Notes: a model not told the origin generated them from the sequence alone. Shown: positions 16,015-26,196, numbered from the stretch's first letter. The stretch: DNA of 62,360 nucleotides from Spirochaetia bacterium (GCA_041686235.1 JAWLED010000005.1:1-62360); one strand, 5' to 3'. Program-made: numbers and translations.

Positions 16015-17172
16015 ATGGAACACGTACTGGTAAACGGCGTCGAACCCGGCACCTATTTCGACAAACAGGTATATCTCGACGATCGATACATCCTTCTTTC
16101 ACCGGAAACCCCGTTCAGCGAACAGCTCAAAAACCGACTGACACGCTGGGGTTTCGACCACGTGTTTACCGCCGGGGAGCAAGTTGACGGCTCCGGAGCC
16201 GCCCCGGGAGCCGAGGCAGCCGACGAAGCGCCGCTTATTTCGGTCGAGGAAGGTGTCCGTGAAAACGAGGCCTTGCGAGAAGTGCAAGAGGTGTATACCG
16301 CGGCACTCAATTTCACCGAAAAGCTCTTCACCAATTTTGTGACGAAAAGTGAGCTGCCCCAGCACGATGTGAGTGACAAAGTTAAGCAGATCAACGACAT
16401 CGTACGCAGCCGCCGCCAGTATGCTCTTCGCTTGAAACACCTGAAAAACGAGGATAAGAACTACGTCGTCGAGCATTCGGTCAAGACGACCATGCTCGCG
16501 CTTGCGGTCGGGAATACCGTTAAGCTTCCCAATCACAAGCTCATAGAGCTGGGCACCGCATCGCTGTTGCATGAAATCGGCATGATACGTTTGCCTCCTC
16601 AGCTCTACATGACCGACCGAAAGCTCAACGAACGAGAGCGAAAGGCTATCACCGCACACACCCTTCTCGGGTTCAAGGTGCTCAAACAGTATTCATATCC
16701 CCTAAGCGTCTGCCTCGCGGTACTCGAGTCCCGCGAATATCTCAACGGCACCGGGTATCCGCGTGGGGTAACCGGCGACAAGATGTCGTTTTATGCCAAA
16801 GTCATTTCGGTAACGAGCTCGTATGCAGCGCTCATATCGGAGCGCCCCTTCCGCGAGGCGAGAAACGAGCATAATTCGATTCTCGAGTTGTTAAAGGGAA
16901 GAGACACCTTGTACGACGCTACTGCTCTGAAGGCGTTGGTAGCAAATCTCTCGATTTACCCGTTGGGCAGCTACGTAGAGCTTGCAAATGGATACAAGGG
17001 TATGGTCGTAGATACCTCCAACGACAGCCCGAGAGCGCCGATCGTGCGGCTCATACTGTCGCCCGACGGAGAACGATATGTTGATCAACCCCACGTGAGG
17101 ACCGTCGACGAGAATTACAGCGTCGCCCGGTCCCTCAACGAAGAGGACGTGATACACGGCGAGAAGAGCTAA
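16015..17172 (+). CDS. HD-GYP domain protein with degenerate metal-ligand motifs
   Basis: EHSVKT..LLHEIGM..AHTLLG..LESREYLNGTGYPRG..VTSSYAAL aligns to the HD-GYP pattern. HD is replaced by HE, and the HHE-x-DG box by SRE-x-x-NG. Confidence 0.8.
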   Translation: MEHVLVNGVEPGTYFDKQVYLDDRYILLSPETPFSEQLKNRLTRWGFDHVFTAGEQVDGSGAAPGAEAADEAPLISVEEGVRENEALREVQEVYTAALNFTEKLFTNFVTKSELPQHDVSDKVKQINDIVRSRRQYALRLKHLKNEDKNYVVEHSVKTTMLALAVGNTVKLPNHKLIELGTASLLHEIGMIRLPPQLYMTDRKLNERERKAITAHTLLGFKVLKQYSYPLSVCLAVLESREYLNGTGYPRGVTGDKMSFYAKVISVTSSYAALISERPFREARNEHNSILELLKGRDTLYDATALKALVANLSIYPLGSYVELANGYKGMVVDTSNDSPRAPIVRLILSPDGERYVDQPHVRTVDENYSVARSLNEEDVIHGEKS

Positions 17173-17228
17173 AAGCCGTATCCTGCTTTTGTCCCTGTAA
17201 ACAACGCCTGCGAGAAAGGAGAGCTCAT

Positions 17229-18890
17229 ATGCATTCGGTACGAGTTGCGTTACCCGACGGCACAGAGAAAGAGTACCCCACAGGCACACGCGTCGCCGAG
17301 GTACTCGAAGATACCGAATACGACTCCGGTCGGGGCCCGGTCATGGCGGTCCTGGCCAACAACGAGCTGACGAGTCTGTACTACCGTCTCGACGTCAACA
17401 CAAAACTCGAGGCGGTAACGATGGAGACCCGAGAGGGCCAGCGCGTCTATCGCCGAAGCCTCTGTTTTTTGCTCGCCATGGCTGCACAAGACATATCGCC
17501 CCACCGCCATTTGGTTATTGGGCACTCACTCGGCAACGGCTATTACTACCGTTTCGACGACGAGCTCCCCATCACGGACGAAGAAGTGGAACGACTGCAA
17601 AAGCGGATGACGGAGTTCGTTGAGCAGGACCTCCCCATCGTCCGGCGGCTCATTTCGTATACGGACGCCTTAGAGTATTTCGAAAAACACCGGATGCATG
17701 ATACCGCCCTTCTGCTGAGACACCGAAACGACGCGAAGATTCCGGTCTATACATGCGGGAGAACCATGGATATTTCTCACGGCCCCCTTGTTCCTTCTAC
17801 CGGAACCCTCGCCTACTTCGAGCTGAAAAAGTATCCTCCGGGCTTCATCCTCCGTTTCCCCCGGGACAACGATCCGTACCGCCTTGGTCCCTTCGAGGCA
17901 AGTCCGATCCTGTTCTCCATCTATCAAGAATACAAGCAGTGGGGCAAAATTCTGAACATCAGCTCCGCCGGCAAGCTCAATGAGCTTACCGTCTCGAACG
18001 AAATCAAAGACTTCATTCGGGTGGCCGAAGCGCTACAAAACAAGAAAATTGCAGAAATTGCCGATCGCATACACGATCAGCGGGCTTCGGCCCGGATCAT
18101 CCTCATTGCCGGACCCTCTTCATCCGGTAAGACGACGTTCGCCAAGAAGCTGTCGATTCAACTCACGGTGCTCGGATTCAAGCCGGTGTCCATCGGACTC
18201 GACGACTACTTCGTTCCCCGGGAACAGACACCGTTGGACGAGGACGGCAACTATGATTTCGAGCACCTCGAGGCCATAGATATCAAGCTCTTGAACGAGC
18301 ATCTCGAAGCCTTACTCGACGGTCAAGAAATCGAGTTGCCGAGCTTCAGCTTCAAGACCGGATCCCGATCGCCGAGCGGACATACGATCGACCTGCCCGA
18401 GCGTGGTGTTCTTATCATGGAGGGTATACACGGGCTCAACGACCGGCTTACCCCGCGTATCGCCCGCTCGAATAAGTTCAAGGTCTACGTTTCCGCGCTG
18501 ACCCAGCTCAACCTCGACGATCATAATCGCATCTCGACAACGGACAATCGGCTCATCCGCCGTCTCGTGCGGGACCACCAATTCCGCGGACACGATGCGC
18601 TCGAAACCTTGCACATGTGGCCGTCGGTCCGCCGCGGTGAGAACCGAAATATCTTTCCGTTTCAAGACTCAGCGGACGTCGCTTTCAACTCGGCCCTTGA
18701 TTATGAGCTCGGGGTTCTCCGCAACCATGCGCTTCCGCTGCTCGATCAGGTAAAGCCCTACCACGACGCATATCATGAGGCCGTCCGGCTCCTCTCGTTC
18801 CTCGAGAATTTTACCCCAATACCCGAGAAATACGTTCCCGAAGAGTCGATCCTCCGCGAGTTCGTCGGAGAAAGCGGGTTCAGCTACTAG
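17229..18890 (+). CDS. TGS-domain / ThrRS-N-like / uridine kinase-family fusion protein
   Basis: N-terminal TGS-like VRVALPDGTEKEYPTGTRVAEVL. C-terminal P-loop kinase GPSSSGKTTFAKKL with PRK/uridine-kinase-like layout. AAGGAG SD. Confidence 0.8.
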   Translation: MHSVRVALPDGTEKEYPTGTRVAEVLEDTEYDSGRGPVMAVLANNELTSLYYRLDVNTKLEAVTMETREGQRVYRRSLCFLLAMAAQDISPHRHLVIGHSLGNGYYYRFDDELPITDEEVERLQKRMTEFVEQDLPIVRRLISYTDALEYFEKHRMHDTALLLRHRNDAKIPVYTCGRTMDISHGPLVPSTGTLAYFELKKYPPGFILRFPRDNDPYRLGPFEASPILFSIYQEYKQWGKILNISSAGKLNELTVSNEIKDFIRVAEALQNKKIAEIADRIHDQRASARIILIAGPSSSGKTTFAKKLSIQLTVLGFKPVSIGLDDYFVPREQTPLDEDGNYDFEHLEAIDIKLLNEHLEALLDGQEIELPSFSFKTGSRSPSGHTIDLPERGVLIMEGIHGLNDRLTPRIARSNKFKVYVSALTQLNLDDHNRISTTDNRLIRRLVRDHQFRGHDALETLHMWPSVRRGENRNIFPFQDSADVAFNSALDYELGVLRNHALPLLDQVKPYHDAYHEAVRLLSFLENFTPIPEKYVPEESILREFVGESGFSY

Positions 18891-19399
18891 TACGTTTCAT
18901 AGCGCACAATCTCCGACAGCGGCAACCGCCTCTTCGAGGTGGGGCCGCCGTCTTCGGGGTAGCCGAGCGGCAACAACTCGACAACCTCCACCTCCTCGGG
19001 AATTCCCAAGATCATGCGCACACGTTCGGGGTCGAAACTCCCGATCCAGCACGTCCCGAGCCCTTCCGCCGCGGCTGCAAGGGTGAGATGATCGGTCGCT
19101 ATTGCTGTGTCGATCAAAAACGACTCGAATCCGCAGCGCATGCGCCGGTGGTTTGTTTCGGCGCAACACGCGATGACGACGGGCGCATCACCCACGAACC
19201 GCTGTCCGGACGCGGCCTGCGCCAACTGACGGCGTGTGCGCTCTTCGCGCACCACAACAAAACGCCACTCTTGAAGATTCTTCGCCGAAGGCGCAAGACG
19301 CGCCGCCTCCAGAACACGCTCGAGGACATCCTGCGCAACCGGTGTTTCGGAGAATCTGCGCACGCTCCTGCGCGTTCGAACGGCTTCGTATAGCTCCAT
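18887..19399 (-). CDS. Nitroreductase family protein
   Basis: MELYEAVRTRRSVRRF start with GGAG 7 nt upstream. Nitroreductase-like core. The ORF-track start at 19423 was trimmed. Confidence 0.85.
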   Translation of the reverse strand: MELYEAVRTRRSVRRFSETPVAQDVLERVLEAARLAPSAKNLQEWRFVVVREERTRRQLAQAASGQRFVGDAPVVIACCAETNHRRMRCGFESFLIDTAIATDHLTLAAAAEGLGTCWIGSFDPERVRMILGIPEEVEVVELLPLGYPEDGGPTSKRRLPLSEIVRYETY

Positions 19400-19412
19400 A
19401 GTCACTCCACAG

Positions 19413-20141
19413 TCAGTGCCCACCGAATCGGGGCGAGCCGAGCAGCTCCTGCCAGTCTCCCTTGAGAGTTGGGCGCTTCAAAGAAGCCGACAAGAGTTCC
19501 AAAAATTCACTACGGTCCATATCCCGTGCTCCGAAACGATCGAGATGCTCGGTATACATCTGCGAGTCGATGCAATCGAAGCCTCTCTCTTCCAACAGTT
19601 TAACGAATGTTACAAACCCGGCCTTGGAGGCATCCGGAACGCGGGCAAACATGGACTCGCCAAAAAACATACCACCTAAACTCACACCGTACAGCCCTCC
19701 GGCCAAACGGTCGCTGTCCCACACTTCCAAGGAATGTGCGTATCCGAGCTGATGCAGTTCCACGTAACCCGAAATCATTTCGTCGGTAATCCAGGTCCCC
19801 GCCTGTTCGGCCCGGGGAGACTCACTGCACCCGGCGATGACCTCGCTAAAGGCTCTGTCGAAGGTATAACGAAATCGTCCTCGATTCAGTGTGCGGCGGA
19901 GGCTCTTTGGAATGTGGAGCTCGGCCGGAAAGAGGACGAACCGGGGATCGGGAGACCACCACAGAATCGGCTCCCCGTGCGAGTACCACGGGAACACCCC
20001 CTGCGAGTAAGCCGCCAAAAGAACTCCCGGCGATAGGTTACCACCTACCGCGAGCAGTCCGTCGGGCCCCGCTTCCGAGGGAAGCGGGAAGGTTACCCGA
20101 CGGTACTCATGCTCGCCGAGGTAGGGAAACGTCTCACTCAT
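19413..20141 (-). CDS. aat: Leucyl/phenylalanyl-tRNA--protein transferase
   Basis: GLLAVGGNLSPGVLLAAYSQGVFPWY and WWSPDPR motifs. Start is MSETFPY at 20141, overlapping the clpA stop (ATGAGTGA). Confidence 0.9.
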   Translation of the reverse strand: MSETFPYLGEHEYRRVTFPLPSEAGPDGLLAVGGNLSPGVLLAAYSQGVFPWYSHGEPILWWSPDPRFVLFPAELHIPKSLRRTLNRGRFRYTFDRAFSEVIAGCSESPRAEQAGTWITDEMISGYVELHQLGYAHSLEVWDSDRLAGGLYGVSLGGMFFGESMFARVPDASKAGFVTFVKLLEERGFDCIDSQMYTEHLDRFGARDMDRSEFLELLSASLKRPTLKGDWQELLGSPRFGGH

Positions 20142-22563
20142 CGTGCGTAGATGCAGCGCCTTCTTTCTCTTCTTCGTCGGACGGGGCCTCGAGGGCGGGT
20201 TTCTCTTCGCCGGACTCGATCTGTTCGGCGGCCAGACCCTCGGCTCGAATAACGATGTCGTCATCCTCGACATCGACGACCGCTGTTCCGCCTTGTTCCA
20301 GCTCGCCAAAGAGCACGGCGTCGACGAAGTACGACTTCACCTTTTCCTCGACAAGGCGGGAAATGTTGCGAGCGCCGAACTCTTCGGAGTATCCCTGTTC
20401 GGCGAGCCACTGCAGCGCAGCAGGAGTTACCTCTACCTCGACCTTCTTTTCGGCGAGTTGCCGGTTAAACGCCTGAATCTCTTTGCTTACAATGCTCTCG
20501 ATGACCTCGGTGCCGAGCGCGTTGAAGATAACGACCTTGTCGAGGCGGTTACGGAACTCCGGCGAGAAGATATTGTCTACCGCATCGGAGACGGCCTCGT
20601 TCGTGACCTGACGCTCGCCGAATCCGATCATGGGTTTTCCGATCTCCCGTGCGCCCGCATTGGAGGTCATGATGAGAATGACGTTGCGGAAGTCGGCCTT
20701 CTTTCCGGTATTGTCCGTCATGGTTGCGTAGTCCATGACGGAGAGCAAGATGTTGAAAATGTCCTGGTGCGCTTTCTCTATCTCGTCAAGCAGCAATACC
20801 GAGTGCGGTGTCTTTCGCACCGCGTCGGTCAGCATTGCCCCCTCTTCGTACCCGACGTAACCCGGCGGCGAGCCGATAAGCCTTGAAACCGTATGCTTTT
20901 CCTGATATTCGCTCATGTCGAAGCGGTGCATCGGAACGCCGAGTGTCGTGGCAAGTTGTCGCGCGAGCTCGGTTTTTCCCACACCGGTGGGTCCGACGAA
21001 CAGGAAGTTGGCCACCGGCTTGTCCGGATTGCGGAAGCCCGCGCGCGAGCGCTTCACCGCGTCCACTACCGATGAAATTGCGGCGTCCTGACCAAATACC
21101 ACCTGATGCAGGTCGTGGTCGAGGTGCTGAAGCCGGTCCTTTTCGGTGGTACTGACGCTGCGCTCCGGAATCTTGGCAATTTTCGACACGACCTTCTCGA
21201 TGTCGTGATCAGCTATCGTTACCGGCTCGGACTCGTGTTCCGATGCCTCTACCCGCATTCGCACGTAGGCGCCGGCCTCGTCGATAACGTCGATGGCCTT
21301 ATCCGGCAGGTATCTATCGGTGATGTAGAGATGCGAAAGGTGCGAAGCGGATTCGAGCGCATCGTCGGTATAGTTTACGTTGTGATACTCCTCGTACTTG
21401 CTGCGCAGACCTTTGAGAATCTCCACCGTTTCTTCTTCGCTGGGTTCCGGGACCTCTATCTTCTGAAAACGCCGCGACAACGCCCGGTCTTTCTCGAAGT
21501 ACTTTTTGTACTCCTCGTTGGTCGTGGAGCCCACACAGCGTATTTTCCCCGAGGCGAGCGCGGGCTTGAGCATGTTGGCGGCATCCATTGATCCGCCGGC
21601 GACTGCTCCGGCACCGACGACGGTGTGAATCTCGTCTATGAAGAGAATTACGTCGTCTCGTTTTTCGAGCGCCTTTATGACTTGCTTGATTCGCTCTTCG
21701 AAATCCCCTCGGTATCTCGTACCGGCAAGCATACCGCCCATATCGAGGGCCAAAACTTTGTAGTTGCGAAGAGCGGCGGGGACTGTCCCGTCGGCGATGC
21801 GCTGGGCAAGCCCTTCGGTTATGGCGGTCTTACCGACGCCCGGATCCCCGAGGTGCACCGGGTTATTCTTTAAGCGCCGACATAGCACCTGGACCGTTCG
21901 CTCGAGGATCTCCTCACGCCCGATGAGCGGCTCGAGCCGCCCTTCCTGCGCCTGCTGAGTTAAGTCGGTCGTAAACTTGGTGAGCGCATCCTTTTTCTTG
22001 CGGGTACCGCCTTCCTCTTCGGCTTCGGCTTCCTCGGCATCACCGAGCTCGGGATTCTCCTCGTCTTCCTCGCCTATGGCCTCGTCGTCTTCGACTTCGT
22101 AGTCTTCCTCCTCCGACTCGTTGGAAGCATCATACTGAACGGAGGATATACCGTGGGAGATAATTTGCAGCAGGTCTATTCGCTGGAGCCCTGCTTTGCG
22201 CAGAAAAAACGCGCCGAACGATTCTTCTTCGTCGAAAATGGACACGATTATATCGCCGATATCGACCTCTTCCTTCGAGGCCGCTTCGGTGTGAAACACC
22301 GCTCTCTCTATAACGTTCTGAAAACCGAGTGATTGTAGCGGATCAGCTCCTTCTACCACCGGCACTTTCTCCTTCAGGTGGTAATCGAGCTGCGTACGCA
22401 CCCCGTCGGGCTCGACCCCGCACTCTGCTACGATATCACGCGGATAGTCAAAATGAAGCGCCGCGTACAGGACGTGCTCAGGCGTGAGATACTCGTGGTT
22501 TCTTTGCTTGGCTTCCTGATAGGCGGCATTCAAAATGGCCTGAAGCTCCCTGTTTATTCTCAT
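20134..22563 (-). CDS. clpA: ATP-dependent Clp protease ATP-binding subunit ClpA
   Basis: Clp N-domain, two AAA+ modules (GDPGVGKT and GPTGVGKT). Follows clpS. Start is MRINRELQ at 22563 with GGGGGGAGA upstream. Acidic linker insert and acidic C-terminal tail. Confidence 0.95.
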   Translation of the reverse strand: MRINRELQAILNAAYQEAKQRNHEYLTPEHVLYAALHFDYPRDIVAECGVEPDGVRTQLDYHLKEKVPVVEGADPLQSLGFQNVIERAVFHTEAASKEEVDIGDIIVSIFDEEESFGAFFLRKAGLQRIDLLQIISHGISSVQYDASNESEEEDYEVEDDEAIGEEDEENPELGDAEEAEAEEEGGTRKKKDALTKFTTDLTQQAQEGRLEPLIGREEILERTVQVLCRRLKNNPVHLGDPGVGKTAITEGLAQRIADGTVPAALRNYKVLALDMGGMLAGTRYRGDFEERIKQVIKALEKRDDVILFIDEIHTVVGAGAVAGGSMDAANMLKPALASGKIRCVGSTTNEEYKKYFEKDRALSRRFQKIEVPEPSEEETVEILKGLRSKYEEYHNVNYTDDALESASHLSHLYITDRYLPDKAIDVIDEAGAYVRMRVEASEHESEPVTIADHDIEKVVSKIAKIPERSVSTTEKDRLQHLDHDLHQVVFGQDAAISSVVDAVKRSRAGFRNPDKPVANFLFVGPTGVGKTELARQLATTLGVPMHRFDMSEYQEKHTVSRLIGSPPGYVGYEEGAMLTDAVRKTPHSVLLLDEIEKAHQDIFNILLSVMDYATMTDNTGKKADFRNVILIMTSNAGAREIGKPMIGFGERQVTNEAVSDAVDNIFSPEFRNRLDKVVIFNALGTEVIESIVSKEIQAFNRQLAEKKVEVEVTPAALQWLAEQGYSEEFGARNISRLVEEKVKSYFVDAVLFGELEQGGTAVVDVEDDDIVIRAEGLAAEQIESGEEKPALEAPSDEEEKEGAASTHDE

Positions 22564-22577
22564 GGGTCTCCCCCCGT

Positions 22578-22883
22578 TCATTCTTTTTCGATCGTACATT
22601 TGAGCGGATACTGCCGCTCCCGTGCCATTTTGTGCGCCTGGTTAACTTTGGTCGAGGCTACGTCGTAGGTGAATGTACCAACGTTTCCCTTTCCGTTCTT
22701 GTGTACATGGAGCATGATCTTCGTTGCGTCCATAACCGTTTTGCGAAAGACCTTCATGAGTATCTCCACAACAAACTCCATACTGGTGTAGTCGTCATTG
22801 TGGAGAATCACCCGATACATATCGGGCTCTTTCACCTCTTCCTTGCTCTTTTCTTTAATACTCTCCGATGGTCCGGTCGACAT
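22578..22883 (-). CDS. clpS: ATP-dependent Clp protease adaptor ClpS
   Basis: MYRVILHNDDYTSMEFVVEILMKVF core motif. About 100 aa. Confidence 0.95.
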   Translation of the reverse strand: MSTGPSESIKEKSKEEVKEPDMYRVILHNDDYTSMEFVVEILMKVFRKTVMDATKIMLHVHKNGKGNVGTFTYDVASTKVNQAHKMARERQYPLKCTIEKE

Positions 22884-22960
22884 CGCTACACCGCCAATTC
22901 ATGCTCTCTTGTTGTTACCGTCGTTAAGATAATAGCGGGCGAGTAACCCGGTCAAACCGA

Positions 22961-23254
22961 TCAATGCCGGGTCCGGTAGGCCCGCACATAGCCACAGGTC
23001 CGGGGCATGAGTCGGTCAAACTTTGCATGAAAAATGGTGACTTTGCGACAGTCAGGGTTCGCTTTAAAACGCCCCTCGTACACGCGGCACAGCCCGCTTT
23101 CGGTGTCGAGAAACCTGCATGGGCTATCGTACTCGATGACCACATCACCGCGTGGTCCGCGGTGTCTTCGATAGCAGCACAGACCGCACTGGTCGCACAG
23201 GGACTCCCATCTCCGCCGCCGCCGTTGGGCCATTTCGATGAGTCTACGTAGCAT
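22961..23254 (-). CDS. YkgJ-family Cys-cluster (CxxCxxCC) protein
   Basis: CDQCGLCC motif plus further Cys (SPCRFLD, GLCRVY, NPDCRK). Two overlapping alternative-frame ORFs have no motifs. Confidence 0.65.
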   Translation of the reverse strand: MLRRLIEMAQRRRRRWESLCDQCGLCCYRRHRGPRGDVVIEYDSPCRFLDTESGLCRVYEGRFKANPDCRKVTIFHAKFDRLMPRTCGYVRAYRTRH

Positions 23255-23326
23255 AATCCCATGGTGGGCGATAGCCCGCGTAAGAGCTCGGCGGTGTCAT
23301 CCTAGCCACAAAGATACTCCACGTGT

Positions 23327-25525
23327 TTAAAACTCCCGTGGACCAAAATAGCCCGTTTCATCGCGACCACTGCGGCGGATGAGATACGCCTCTACTTCGA
23401 GGGGGATGTAGGCCCGGCCGAAATCAGTGTCGCTCCCGGAGGTCACACGCAGCGTGTACCGCCCCGACGGCGTATCGATCACGCGCTCGGGAATAGAGCC
23501 GATGCCGTCGTCTCGATAGAGGTACATGCTTTCGCCACCGGACTCGCGACTCAAGAACTCGAGGGCGTCGCTCTCCTGTCCGCGCTCTACATACACGGGA
23601 TAGAAACGCACGTGATTGTTCTCCAGAAGCGCGGCAAGCTCCTGCAACCCGTAGTTGCGGAAGGCTCCCTCTCCGAGCTCTCCCCGCGTGACAAAAACAA
23701 TCGCCCGGTGTTCGCGGCTGTCGAGAAGGGAGGTTGCCGAGAAATACAGCCCTTGATCAAAGGCCCACTGGCCCGAAAAGCCCTCTTCAGAGCTTGCTGC
23801 AGAGGAAACCGCGCCGGCCGAAGAACCGGAGCGCGCCTCGAGTACCGGCGACTCGCCGGCGGAAACGACACGCACCGACGCCCCCGACGCATCGACGAGT
23901 TGACTCGCCGCTTCATCGAAGTCCTCGGTATGTTCGCTCATCTCCTGTGACTTGTCGAGCAACAACGCAATTTCTGCCTCCGATATTTCGTGCGCAGCCG
24001 AGATGAGCTCCGGCTGTGGTAATTCCTCGCCGTCCTCGCTCGCGTAAAAATTGCCGGCGTGTAGACCGACAATTGGATTTCCGAGCCGGTCCTGTACCGC
24101 GAGGTCAACGTACACTTCGGGAAAGTTCTCCGAGACTACCCGCTCCACCTGCACGTGGAGGCCGGAATACAGGGCCGGAACTCGTGACAAAAAATACAGA
24201 TTGTTTTCTCCGAAATCGCTTGCAAGCATATTCCCATTGACATCGATCACACCGGCGGTAATTCGGTCCGATGAGCCGGGGAGGTCCGAGACTTGAGTCG
24301 TCGTTTCGTTTTCCGGGTCCACCAGGGTGAGCCGGTCGCCGTTGGCGATCAAGAGATTTTCGTCGTCGGTAACGAATATCTTCTCCGGAGAAACCAGCCC
24401 GATCTCGGAGATACTGCGCAAAAAGTTGCCGCTGTCGTCAAAGACGTGAAGGCTTCCGTCGGCGGCGTCGGCCACGAACACTTGGCCGTCGATGTACGCA
24501 ATGCCGGTGGGATCGTCGAGCCCGTCGAAATCGCCGCCTTGGGATTCTTTGCCGAAGCACTGAACGTATTCGCCGTCGAAGTCGTACTTGCAAATCCGAC
24601 TGTTTCCCCAGTCGCTTACATATATGAAACGGTTACCGTCGGAGGCAAGGTACTGCGGGCCCAGGAGATTTCCACCGGAACCCTCGGGGTTGTCCCCACC
24701 GTCGGATTCCTCGGAATCGCCGTCACCTCCGGCGCCACCGAAGGTAAGGATCTTGTTACCACCACGATTAACCTTGGCAACTCGATCTCCTCCGAACTCA
24801 CTGACGAAAAGGAAGTCTTCTCCGACGTCGAGCACATCCAACGGGCGATCGAAGCCGGCCAAACCCCCACTTAGTCGTTGCTCGAGAACACCATTTGCGT
24901 TGAGCAGCAGCACGTCCTGCGTGGAAAACGAGGTGAGATAAAAGGACCCGTTCGAGCGCGGCTCGATGCTTACCGGACGTCGAAAGAGTGCACGTTCCCC
25001 CTGCGTCCCGGATAATTCGCTCATCACCGCCCAGTCTCCTGCTTCGTAGAGCTCCGGAACGACGCCCGAACGCGCGTCGACGATGTCCAACAAGGTACGC
25101 AAGTGCGCGTTGCTCTCTCCGGCATCCACTATGTATTGCCACTGATTCATGGCGGCGTCGACGAAGCCGGCGAAATAGTACGCACGGCCCAGCCAGTAGC
25201 GGGTTGGCAGATCGGTCGATTCGTTACTGAGCGCCCGACTCAATGACAGGATGGCTTCGTTATAGCGCCCATTGTGAAAGGCCTGCACCCCAAAGCGAAA
25301 CTCCTCCTCCGCCTCGATGAGGTCCATGTCGATGTCTTGTGCCCGAAGCTCTGACGGGAACGCAATGAACACCACGGCTGCCACGGCAAACACGAGCGCT
25401 TTCGATAGTGCCGAAAGCCCCCTGCGGTGAGCGCCGTCGGCGGTTTCAAAGTGGTGGCGAACGGCGGCGCGCTGCCGGCTGCGGTGCGCACAGCGTGCGG
25501 GGTGCGATTGTGGTGCGTCCGTCAA
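23327..25525 (-). CDS. Secreted TPR + NHL-repeat beta-propeller protein with vWA-like C-terminal region
   Basis: Signal/TM ALVFAVAAVVFIAF. TPR-like N-terminal part. At least 4 NHL-like blades (FIYVSDWGNSRICKYDFDG, VFVADAADGSLHVFDDSG and others). C-terminal IALLLDKSQEMS resembles a degenerate MIDAS. TTG start overlaps the upstream stop. Confidence 0.7.
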   Translation of the reverse strand: MTDAPQSHPARCAHRSRQRAAVRHHFETADGAHRRGLSALSKALVFAVAAVVFIAFPSELRAQDIDMDLIEAEEEFRFGVQAFHNGRYNEAILSLSRALSNESTDLPTRYWLGRAYYFAGFVDAAMNQWQYIVDAGESNAHLRTLLDIVDARSGVVPELYEAGDWAVMSELSGTQGERALFRRPVSIEPRSNGSFYLTSFSTQDVLLLNANGVLEQRLSGGLAGFDRPLDVLDVGEDFLFVSEFGGDRVAKVNRGGNKILTFGGAGGDGDSEESDGGDNPEGSGGNLLGPQYLASDGNRFIYVSDWGNSRICKYDFDGEYVQCFGKESQGGDFDGLDDPTGIAYIDGQVFVADAADGSLHVFDDSGNFLRSISEIGLVSPEKIFVTDDENLLIANGDRLTLVDPENETTTQVSDLPGSSDRITAGVIDVNGNMLASDFGENNLYFLSRVPALYSGLHVQVERVVSENFPEVYVDLAVQDRLGNPIVGLHAGNFYASEDGEELPQPELISAAHEISEAEIALLLDKSQEMSEHTEDFDEAASQLVDASGASVRVVSAGESPVLEARSGSSAGAVSSAASSEEGFSGQWAFDQGLYFSATSLLDSREHRAIVFVTRGELGEGAFRNYGLQELAALLENNHVRFYPVYVERGQESDALEFLSRESGGESMYLYRDDGIGSIPERVIDTPSGRYTLRVTSGSDTDFGRAYIPLEVEAYLIRRSGRDETGYFGPREF

Positions 25526-26196
25526 GAAACCCTCCTCACGGCCTGCCAGTGCTCGGCGATCTCCTCGTTGTCCGGGGCTTTTTCATGTGCGGCCCCGATG
25601 TAGCGGCGAGCCTCTGCGACGTTTCCCAACTTGAAGTACGTCCATCCCAACGAGTCGAGATAGGCCGGATTGTCCGGTTTAGCAGCCACCGCCTTTTTGC
25701 AGTAGGAGAGCGCCGCCTGCAGTCGCATGCCGTTATCCGCCATGATATAGCCGAGCGAGTTCAGGGCGTTCGCGTTTTCCGGGTCCACCTCGAGCGCCCG
25801 CTCGAGCTCGGCGATACCGGCGTTGGTCTTTCCCATCATATACTCAACGTGAGCCATGGCCGCCCGGACCTTGGCCGATTCGAAACCGTCTTCGAGCAGC
25901 TTCGAAAACTCGAGCTCGGCCAGTTGAGGCCGGTCGGTAACCGTGTATATGTACCCCAAAAGCATCCGGCCCTGGAAGATATGCAAGAACTCCACTTCGC
26001 CGGAAACCACCTGCTCGAGGTACAAAACCGCCTCGTCGTAGCGCTCGAGGTTCGTGTAACACAGTCCCAAATAATAGGAGAGCTCAGGGTGTTCTTTCGG
26101 ATCTATATCGAGGGCGAGGAAGGTATTGATCGCTTCCTCGTAGTTGCCCTCTTCGAGAAGTTTGACACCATCTTGTATCGACGCCATTGTATTCAC
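25522..26196 (-). CDS. TPR repeat protein
   Basis: Consecutive TPR motifs (YYLGLCYTNLERYDEAVLYLEQ, LNSLGYIMADNGMRLQAALSYCKKA, YLDSLGWTYFKLGNVAEA). Confidence 0.8.
   Translation of the reverse strand: MNTMASIQDGVKLLEEGNYEEAINTFLALDIDPKEHPELSYYLGLCYTNLERYDEAVLYLEQVVSGEVEFLHIFQGRMLLGYIYTVTDRPQLAELEFSKLLEDGFESAKVRAAMAHVEYMMGKTNAGIAELERALEVDPENANALNSLGYIMADNGMRLQAALSYCKKAVAAKPDNPAYLDSLGWTYFKLGNVAEARRYIGAAHEKAPDNEEIAEHWQAVRRVS

Noticed and set aside
22924-23262. Alternative ORFs (22924-23262 minus, 22964-23251 plus) overlapping the YkgJ-like gene
   Set aside because: Only the 22961-23254 frame gives the CxxCxxCC motif and further conserved Cys. The other frames have no features.
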